Positions 11,397-21,043 of a stretch of DNA of 64,000 nucleotides are shown here, piece by piece. The position numbers were made by a program, and so were the translations under genes. How positions within the stretch are numbered: the stretch's first letter is position 1; each line of letters opens with the position of its first letter. The stretch is from contig NIVC01003986.1 in the NCBI GenBank assembly GCA_002269645.1, forward strand, positions 2,341 through 66,340, read 5' to 3'. This stretch comes from Macrostomum lignano. Taxonomy: Eukaryota. The notes beneath the pieces were generated by a model. That model was not told the origin of the DNA. It did no database searches and saw only the letters and a program-made list of their open reading frames with translations.

Positions 11397-12908
11397 TTAC
11401 AGATTGCAATTGTTGAAAGTGCAGTTGTTCATAATAAAGATATTCCGACCGTTCATCGGACGACCATCAGACACGCTCACTGCTTCTTGCACGATGGAAC
11501 TTTGGATGCTGATGTCAGCAGGCATTGTTTCTTGACCGTGGGTCGCGGCGCTTTGTCCAATGTTCAACGCACGCGACACTGCATCGCTGCATTGTTGCAG
11601 GGACTTGTCCCGTTTAACTGCCAGGTAGCGCCGGACCGTGCTCTCGGACTTTTGACCCGTGATAGCCATGATCTCGCTCATCGAATGCCCAGCCGATTCC
11701 AGGTCACACACTCTGCTAACTCTAGAACAATTGAGCAATTGAACTGTAAATTAGACTCAATCAGACACAAGTTGAAAACATCACATGCACTTCCCCGACC
11801 AACTGACTCACCGAATGCTATGATTGGTGTATTCCTTAGACAGCTTCGCTTTTTTGCTTCATGAAAGTCCTCAGGTAATTTATTCCTCGTTTCTGCTTTG
11901 AGCAAAATCGTCTGGTGCCTCCTGCATTCTTCAGTGGCTGGGAAACAATGAGTCGTTCTTCGTCTCCGTTGGTAATATAGCCATGTAGTCGTCCACAATT
12001 CCAACATCGTAGATTCTCGCCTGCTTTACGTCGATGTCACGCTTGGCTCGATTGGGATCGGCAGACTTGTTTTTGGAATTCAGTACAGGCAATGCGTAGT
12101 ACGGTCTTCCAACCGAGTCTTCGCGCTTCACCAACCACTTCTTGGATTTAATCGAGATGTTCCTTCCTCGTTCTCCTAGGCCGTACATAACGCGAAATAG
12201 AAACTCATCCTGAGTGGTCTCTGCACTTGATCTGTCGAAATACGTCCGTAGCTTCTCCATATCACCCTCCTCGATTGGCGGATATGATCGAACTTGACCG
12301 CCGGAGTTGTGCCATTCCCTGACTTTCATTCGGAGCATTCTATTCACTAGAACGAATTCCTCACCATCGATAATGTTGATCGTTAATCCAGCCACCATAG
12401 TCAGAAAGCGCTGTATCCCGGCGCGGATGCACACAAGACTTGCAGGCGAGTATGGACCGCCATCATGGCGACGCAATTGGTAGTAGTAATACCTAAGAAA
12501 CTCACACATCTCAACACGACTCAATTCATGAACAGCAGCTCCATGTTCCAATTGCACAAAAACGTTACCATGAGCAATCATCTGCTCTCGCGTCTTGGTT
12601 GGTAGGCTCACTATTTCATCTTTCGTCATTGCCTCTTGCATATCCAAAGGAACTCGTTTCGGCTCAGTTTCATTCTCTCCATCCTCTTCAGCTGGAGCAT
12701 CATCCTCGGTCGGTAGCAGAGGCAAATCATCGGCAGTATCACCGCTCTCAAGAAAGTGCAAGAAGTTCAAAAAGTCTTCGTTATCCTTCATGTCCTTCTG
12801 AGATGTGGAAAGTCTTGAGATCCAATTGAGTTCGCTGCTAGATACGTTGGCTAAACTTTCGACAGGCAGATTGCCCCAGTTGATCGGATATGACGTCTGG
12901 TTTTCCAT
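11397..12908 (-). pseudogene. Crypton-like (DUF3504-type) tyrosine recombinase with one intron and two compensating frameshifts
   Basis: N-terminal LRYYYYQLRRHDGGPYSPASLVCIRAGIQRFL; catalytic-type motifs GLGERGRN (R), SKNK (K), YTNHSIR (HxxR), ITGQKSESTVRRY (H-position Q, Y). GT-AG intron 11722-11811 splits the HSIR arginine codon. Confidence 0.85.
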
Positions 12909-13110
12909 GGCCAGGCAAATGTAGCTATTTACGTTTTATTCTCTCTTTCTCTCCACATCTCCTTCCTTTCCACCCTCTTAACCCCCGGCCTGTTTGCAAC
13001 TTCGTTGTCTATGGCCCAAACTCCAGTAAACCACCTCAGTCTTTATGTCTCTCTCTCCTCGGTAACCCCTCTCTCCTTTCGATGCCCTTTTTGTCTATGG
13101 CCCCACTGAA

Positions 13111-13384
13111 ATCCGACAATGAATGATTCCTGCACGGTCAGGAGTCACGAGTGCGGGAATGACATCTGCACGAGTGGGCTCCACATTGCAGATGTCATTC
13201 CCGCACTCGTGAACGTGAAGGAATCCCATTGTCGGATTATTCATCGTGCAGGAATGCGCAAAACCGTGCAGGAATGCATTTCTGCGCCTAATGCTTTTTC
13301 AGTGAGATTTTACCATAGACATCCATTCCTGCACACAAAAGAGTGCAAGAATGCCATTCCTGCATGGAAAATCAGCCGACAATG
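13111..13384. mobile_element. Non-coding hairpin plus inverted-repeat module (putative non-autonomous YR-element derivative)
   Basis: Perfect 26-bp stem (13145-13170/13187-13212), outer arms ATCCGACAATG/CATTGTCGGAT, overlapping second IR 13227-13256/13355-13384, and CCATAGAC at 13313. Confidence 0.7.
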
Positions 13385-13419
13385 CGGTTATTCGTAAGTG
13401 AGACTTTAGGATAATAGTT

Positions 13420-13720
13420 GGGCTTACGCGCAGCGCATTGAGTCCAAAATGTTTGCCAATGCAACGGAGCTTTTGTCTATGGTAGAAAGGCTGGCACAGC
13501 GGCATTTAATTTGGTCCAACAAGCATCAATTTGGTCCATAGCTTCATTTGCAACTGCTGCGGAGGAGCAAGATCAGCTCCATAATTGTGAACCATATGCT
13601 AGGTTGTCGAACGAATGCCACTGGCTTGTGATCGAAGCACTCGGCAGAGGTGAACACCCAAAGGACATTTCAAGATTGCTGAATATAGAAAAAAGATGGT
13701 TTACAGCATCCATCAGCGTG
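13420..13720 (+). mobile_element. Inverted partial copy of the 10591-10969 element
   Basis: Reverse-complement match to ~10655-10945; encodes YARLSNECHWLVIEALGRGEHPKDISRLLNIEKR; GTCTATGG at 13475. Confidence 0.85.
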
Positions 13721-14625
13721 GTCGAGGCTGCACTCCCTCATCTGTTCTGCATCTGCATCTGTTCGATTTATTCGATTTGGTTTACGTACAATTTTCTCTG
13801 CGCCTTCGTGGGTGTCACGTCATTGGATACGTAGTGGATGCTCCAATTTTGGCGATTATGGTTAAAAGCCTTTAATGGGAGCACCCGAATTTGTAGCCCG
13901 GCTCGTCCATATACAGTCTCCATCCAGAATTTTTGTTGAACCAAGTAATTCGTTGCATCCAAATTGTACACACATTTGTTGGGACAGTTGTGAATATTAT
14001 GTGACTGACAACTATGCACTTGAATCAAGTTTTTTTCGCCGCTTGCACATTGAGGACAGTTCATTGTCATTTTTGCTACCGTGTTGCTTCTACATTTTAG
14101 ACAAGTTCAGGAATCGCGCTACGAGCATATTAAGTATTATTTTTGTATTGAATGAGTGCAGTTCATATGTCATTCTATATTTTTATTCTTGTTGTTGCCA
14201 TCCTTGCTACTTCCTCGTTGCTTCCACACTTTAGAACGCATAGGAATCCCGTAATTTCTGGGTATTTCTTCGTTCCTTGTTAAACTTTCACACCTTGTTA
14301 ATCTTTTGGTTAAAATTAAAATTATTAGTAGAAACACATGTACATAAAAGGCTGTATTCACTAGACTTTAATTTCTATTCATGTATTATCCAGATTGCTT
14401 CAGAAGAAAAAGGCCACTAAAACCATAGACACGAATTCAAAGCGGCCTTTTAGAATTCTGCCAGTATTTGCAAGTGTAACATCCTGTGTTGTTAGGTAGT
14501 CCATGTATAGAATCTGTGCTCCCAGACGTGCTTCAGTGCCTCATTTTCATATGGTCTAGCGAACAAGTGAGATGAAATAATTAATTTTCTACCCTGGACA
14601 AAACAGTTATCACGCACGCTGACCA

Positions 14626-15122
14626 GGACACACGTTGGTGCCGTGACCAGGACACAATGTTGGTGCCGTGACCAGGACACACGTTGGTGCCGTGACCAGG
14701 ACACAATGTTGGTGCCGTGACCAGGACACAATGTTGGTGCCGTGACCAGGACACACTGTTGGTGACGTGACCAGGACACAATGTTGGTGCCGTGACCAGG
14801 ACACAATGTTGGTGCCGTGACCAGGACACAATGTTGGTGACGTGACCAGGACACACGTTGGTGCCGTGAACCAGGACACACTGTTGGTGCCGTGACCAGG
14901 ACACAATGTTGGTGCCGTGACCAGGACACACTGTTGGTGACATGACCAAGACACACGTTGGTGCCGTGACCAGGACACAATGTTGGTGCCGTGACCAGGA
15001 CACACTGTTGGTGACGTGACCAGGACACACGTTGGTGCCGTGACCAGGACACAATGTTGGTGCCGTGACCAGGACACACTGTTGGTGCCGTGACCAGGAC
15101 ACACTGTTGGTGCCGTGACCGG
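14626..15122. repeat. 24-25-bp minisatellite, ~20 copies
   Basis: Unit GACACAATGTTGGTGCCGTGACCAG. Confidence 0.95.
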
Positions 15123-15477
15123 ACACAGAAGAAGAGGCATCGGCTGCTTGGAGAACCCGATTATTGATAGGCAGGCAAATGGCAGGAGTTTAAAAAAGCC
15201 ATTAATGAGGATTTATTTTTTCAGCATATCTTCAATTTTGAAACATTTTGTTACAGAACCCGAGCGCAACGTCAAGATATTGACTACTCGGACATTGAAC
15301 CAATAGTCAGTGTGAATTGCTGGTGTAAATTATTTAAGTTTTCCTCAGCTCGGATGGCTGACGGCAGATCAGTCGGGACTGTGAGAGGTGGCATCAGAGG
15401 CAGCATCGATAGGAGCAGCAGACACGCAAATACATTAAATAGTTCTGAGTTGTTGCCCCCCCCCCCAGAGCAGCCAG

Positions 15478-17882
15478 TCAGAAGTTCTTGTACGCCCAGA
15501 TGAAGTTCTCCGTTGTCCAGTTCAGGCGCCGCAGCCTAGTAATGGGGCTGATTCGCAGCGACAGGATCCGGCCATACACGTAGCAACAGAGGCACATGAG
15601 GCAGAGCAGCGCGCAGCTCTGGAACCGGTAGAGCTTCAGGTGCTCCCAGGCCAGGTGCTGCCCCCGATTGGGGCTCCGCTTGCCGCAGCCAGTGTTGGGC
15701 AGACCCTGCACCCAGTGGTAGGGGTGGCTCTTCCCCGGAGGCTTGGTGAGGCGGCAGAACTCGCGCATGTCCGCGGACTGAGCAAAGACGCCGATCGCTT
15801 CGGGCGGTGAGCTATTCCGCGCCAGCAGCTCGTTGAGGCTGCAGATGTCCTCCCCGAACCGCATGAGGCGGGTCGCCACTCGCAGCGTCATCGCCCGGGA
15901 TTCCAGAAGGTCCTTCAAAGAGATCGCCTTGCCCGATTTGGTGCAGAAGTCCGCGGGAAAGTCCTTGCCGCCTATTTTTAGTGAGAACGGCTCGCTCTGC
16001 TGGAAGCTAAGAGGGTGATCGATGACAGGTAAGACAACAGTTGAGACAGCTGAGACAACAGTTGAGACAGCTGAGACAACAGTTGAGACAGCTGAGACAA
16101 CAGTTGAGACAGCTGAGACAACAGTTGAGACAGCTGAGACAACAGTTGAGACAGCTGAGACAACAGTTGAGACAGCTGAGACAACAGTTGAGACAGCTGA
16201 GACAACAGTTGAGACAGCTGAGACAACAGTTGAGACAGCTGAGACAACAGTTGAGACAGCTGAGACAACAGTTGAGACAGCTGAGACAACAGTTGAGACA
16301 GCTGAGACAACAGTTGAGACAGCTGAGACAACAGTTGAGACAGCTGAGACAACAGTTGAGACAGCTGAGACAACAGTTGAGACAGCTGAGACAACAGTTG
16401 AGACAGCTGAGACAACAGTTGAGACAGCTGAGACAACAGTTGAGACAGCTGAGACAACAGTTGAGACAGCTGAGACAACAGTTGAGACAGCTGAGACAAC
16501 AGTTGAGACAGCTGAGACAACAGTTGAGACAGCTGAGACAACAGTTGAGACAGCTGAGACAACAGTTGAGACAGCTGAGACAACAGTTGAGACAGCTGAG
16601 ACAACAGTTGAGACAGCTGAGACAACAGTTGAGACAGCTGAGACAACAGTTGAGACAGCTGAGACAAAAGTTGAGACAGCTGAGACGACAGTTGAGACAA
16701 CAACTGAGACAATACGAAGAGACCGACCATGCCATTTAAAACAAAAAATGCCCATATTATTACTTACAAGTAGTGAATTACTAGCAATCTTGTGCCCCCC
16801 TTCGGAGCGGCCAAGAAGCAAGGGAAATAATTATTTGTGTAATCGTACTCGTATTTGCCTCAATATTTCAGCAAACCCCTCAAGCCTCGATATCTCAGCA
16901 CATCCCCCAGTAAGCCCTGACATATTAGCAATTTTCCCGTAAGCCGTGACAATCGTCCCAGGTCAAGTCAATTTCGACTCTGTAAATCCCCACATAAAAT
17001 CAGGGGTGGCATGTGCTGTCCAGCGAACGTGGCGGCAAGGCCATGTTCGGTGAACCATTACCGCACCGAGCCTTGTGACAACTGGAGGTTTTTTGCAATA
17101 AATCCTGGATAGGATCAACCCTAGGTGGTTTCACTTCAATTTATTGCTGGGGACAAAGTTTTATTACACTTGAACATCTGGCGCCTTACTTGCGACACCC
17201 TGTGTAAATACGCTGGGGCGTCCTCATGGATTTTATGGTAGGGGGGACAAAGCCAAGAATTCAACATGTACATGACTAAATTTTGGCACTTATTTTGGCG
17301 CCGCAGGCATTCCTTTTAGCGTCGTAGGCATTCCTTTTAGCGCCGCAGGCACTCATTTCAGCGCCGCAGGCACTCGCTTTAGCGCCGCAGGCACTCATTT
17401 TAGCGCCGCAGGCACTCGCTTTAGCGCCGCAGGCACTCATTTCAGCGCCGAAGGCGCTATATTTTGGCGCCCTGAAGAAAAATTATTGATTACCACAACG
17501 ACTCACAAGGTGGGGTGGTGGGGGGGGACAAAGCATTGGCATGTCCCCCCCAGAGCTTTTACTAGGGGGGGGGGGCACATGTCCCCCTGTCCCCCCCCCC
17601 GGTGGCGACGCGCCTGTAAATACGGTATCTTACTCGAACCCCAAAATCAAGTTCTATTCACCTGTCAATCAATCAGAACAATGACATCTCATTATCAATC
17701 ATGTAACCGAAGGTATATTGATTGCCAGAAAATTACAGCTTTGAGTTTTCTAACTTGGCCTCGCGAAACGCTTAAATGACAAATCCATCAACTTGACCAA
17801 CAACTCACCCTTGCGCTACAAGCACTGCTGTCAGGCTGACTGCTGCAATGAAGACAAATTTGAAGGCTGTTTCTAAAGGCAT
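15478..17882 (-). CDS. Unrecognised ~200-aa secreted Cys-containing protein, 2 exons (17882-17809, 16006-15478)
   Basis: Exon 1 MPLETAFKFVFIAAVSLTAVLVAQG is signal-peptide-like and ends GG|GTGAGT (phase 2). Exon 2 starts CTCTTAG|C TTC CAG (matching phase), is strongly GC3-biased and ends ...AYKNF*. Confidence 0.7.
16033..16710. repeat. 21-bp intronic minisatellite, ~32 copies
   Basis: Unit ACAGTTGAGACAGCTGAGACA. Confidence 0.97.
17213..17616. mobile_element. hAT-type MITE (404 bp)
   Basis: Termini CTGGGGCGTC...GACGCGCCTG; 8-bp target site duplication TAAATACG at 17205-17212 and 17617-17624; internal ~21-bp repeats. Confidence 0.85.
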
Positions 17883-17940
17883 GCTGAGGGGAGACAAACA
17901 GCGATGAGACGGCTTGCCTGAGGAATGCTGTGGGCTGTGG

Positions 17941-18988
17941 CAATGTAAGATTACTACTAGGTTTACTCGTACGATAATAGTCTTGGCTCGAGTGCGCGAA
18001 GCGCACGAGTGCCATAGACTATTATCGCACTCGAAAGCCTAGTAGTAATCTTACATTGTCCCATGACTGAGCGTGCGTTGAAAAAATTCTTCGTCACAGC
18101 ACTGTACTTTATTATCTGCACGCTTTTTGTTCCCGCAGCTAGGAGTTCCTACCATAGACATTTTCTTAGTGACCATAGACAATTTCTTGCTATGCACAAG
18201 CTTCTGCTCGTGAGTTTGGCCCCATATGGATTCATTATTTCCTAACGGCATGAGAAGCGGCATGACGGCCGGTGAGATCTCCCACCATTTAGAGTGGGCC
18301 GACGTTGAGAAGCTTGTGGACGAGCAGTTACGTCTCCAAGCAACTAGTGTGGACGACAACGAGGAGCTGAACCGCCTATTCGACTCCATCCCTGATTTGA
18401 ACGACGACTTGGCCTCGATCGACCTTGACGCATCAATCCGGGCGCTGGAGCAGGAGACCGATGTAAAATCGTCTAAGAAGCATGAGGCTCAATACGTCGC
18501 GAAATTTCGCGATTTCTTGGCCAAGTATCCACACCTGCGCGTCGATTTGGACACCTCGCAACCTGAGGAGCTGAGCGTTGGCCTGCGCTACTTTTACGGC
18601 ACTCTTCGCAAGACTGATGGCCAGCCGTATGCTCCTAGCAGCCTCGTGTGCATTCGCGCTGCCTTGTTCCGCTACCTGATGAAGAACCGGGGCATCAACA
18701 TCATTTTCGATGGTCGATTCTACTCTGCAAATCAAATGCTGAAGGCCGGTGGGCGTCTTTTCTTTGCCCGCGGTGGCCGCGTGGACCACTTCCAGGCAAT
18801 GGAGCCATCGGACCTACAGAAACTGGGTGACTCGCTGTACGCTATTATCTGCACGCTTTTTCATTATCTGCACGCTTTTTTCATTATCTGCACGCTTTTT
18901 TGGCTACGCCGCATAGGGTTGGGCCATAGACTGTAAGATTAATGCACGCTTTTTGGACAAAAAACGCACGCTCAGTCATGGGACAATG
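17941..18988 (+). mobile_element. Internally deleted Crypton-like element: terminal hairpin, 26-bp IRs and truncated YR ORF
   Basis: Hairpin 17941-18058; perfect IR CATTGTCCCATGACTGAGCGTGCGTT (18054-18079) and its complement (18963-18988); CCATAGAC at 18012, 18152, 18173 and 18924. Confidence 0.75.
18226..18936 (+). pseudogene. N-terminal half of a second Crypton-like tyrosine recombinase
   Basis: LRYFYGTLRKTDGQPYAPSSLVCIRAALFRYL...INII aligns by eye with the 11931-12908 ORF. It is truncated after MEPSDLQKLG, before any catalytic residue. Confidence 0.8.
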
Positions 18989-19119
18989 AAGTGAAGCCGG
19001 TTTTCAGAATTCAGCTACTCTCCGGTAAGCAAGCTTTAGTCTATGGCCCAAACTGCAGCTGGATCGAAAATTCTTTCTAGCAGTCAGTCAGTGGCTTTGA
19101 ACAGCATCGTAGCTGAGCT

Positions 19120-19400
19120 GGCGCCCCTTGGTGCTGGCGCCCCTTGGTGCTGGCGTCCCTTGGTGCTGGCGCCCCTTGGTGCTGGCGCCCCTTGGTGCTG
19201 GCGCCCCTTGGTTCTGGCGCCCCTTGGTGCTGGCGCCCCTTGGTGCTGGCGCCCCTTGGTGCTGGCGCCCCTTGGTGCTGGCGCCCCTTGGTGCTGGCGC
19301 CCCTTGGTGCTGGCGCCCCTTGGTGCTGGCGCCCCTTGGTGCTGGCGCCCCTTGGTGCTGGCGCCCCTTGGTGCTGGCGCCCCTTGGTGCTGGCGCCCCT
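19120..19400. repeat. 16-bp GC-rich minisatellite, ~17 copies
   Basis: Unit GCTGGCGCCCCTTGGT. Confidence 0.95.
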
Positions 19401-19954
19401 CAAGATAGCGCCCCACAATGGCGCCCCTCAAAGACGCGGCCCCCCAACTGGAAATCCTCGCGAGCGAGCACACGGGCGCGCGCTTATTGAGGCACCAAAG
19501 CGTTAATTTGTGGGAAAGAGCGTAAAGACAGAAAGTAGCAAAATGCAGCAAATTTTTTAAATCAATCCTGAATGACCCTTGGACACCAAAAAGTTCCCAT
19601 TGTCGGTGCGCTCTCGCACTTTATTGTATAATAAAAATCATTTTGTCTTAGAAAAACTTCTAGAATAAAAGGTATGGAGAAAAGCTTAGAACTCAGAAAA
19701 TCGAGGCCAAAATGTGGGAGAGCCGAATGTCATAAAACTGAAACGACAGGACGGCACGGTCGGTTCTGGAAGAAATTCAACATTTGCTGTCTGTTTAGCT
19801 GGAAGAACAAAGCACACTCTGGTTCCTTGGCAACCGCCCGTTGCTAAGGTAAACCGTAACGCATAAAAGTATATGGTAGCACACAATAGGGGAAATCATG
19901 GATTGGTCATTTACAAAGGCTGGCCCAGTTGCTAAGGACTCAGCTCAGCTCAGC

Positions 19955-20886
19955 TCAGGCCAGGCGGTGCTGCTTGGCGGCGAGCTCGGCCAGACGGGCA
20001 TTCAAATTCTGCGCCAGCGACAGCGCCTTGCCGGACACCAGCGACGTGTCCGACTCGGCCATCTTGCTGGCCACGAAGTCGCGAATCACGAAGTTGTTCT
20101 GCTCCTGGTGCTGCCACCTGCGCTCCAGGTTGGCTAGCTGGGCGTGCGTCTCGTTGTCCGACAGCTCCCGGCGGCGGGCGTCGCACTCGCGCTCGAGGCT
20201 GCGGATGAGCCGCTTCATCCGGTCCCGGCGGCTGGACAGGGCGTGGCGCTGCCGGCCCAGCTGCGGTGGGGTAGCCGGGGTGGGACAGATGCAGGCAGTG
20301 TGGGACAGATGCAGACAGGGTGGGACAGATGCAGACAAGGTGGGACAGATGCAGGCCGGGTGGGACAGATGCAGGCAGGGTGGGACAGATGCAGGCCGGG
20401 TGGGACAGATGCAGGCAGGGTGGGACAGATGCAGACAGGGTGGGACAGATGCAGGCAGGGTGGGACAGATACAGACAGGGTGGGACAGATGCAGGCCGGG
20501 TGGGACAGATGCAGGCAGTGTGGGACAGATGCAGACAGGGTGGGACAGATGCAGGCAGGGTGGGACAGATGCAGACAGGGTGGGACAGATGCAGGCCGGG
20601 TGGGACAGATGCAGACAGGGTGGGACAGATGCAGGCCGGGTGGGACAGATGCAGGCAGGGTGGGACAGATGCAGACAGGGTGGGACAGATGCAGGCAGGG
20701 TGGGACAGATGCAGACAGGGTGGGACAGATGCAGGCAGGGTGGGACAGATGCAGACAGGGTGGGACAGATGCAGGCCGGGTGGGACAGATGCAGGCAGGG
20801 TGGGACAGATGCAGACAGGGTGGGACAGACACGGAAGCGACTTGACTGCCAAAAATGTAGGTGTGGGTTAGGTTTTCGACCTCGAA

Positions 20887-20947
<61 letters not shown>

Positions 20948-20950
20948 CTC

Positions 20951-21043
<93 letters not shown>

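Noticed and set aside
16022-16942. Long TTVETAE / SQLL / CLSCLNC repeat ORFs
   Set aside because: These are translations of a 21-bp intronic satellite open in several frames on both strands.
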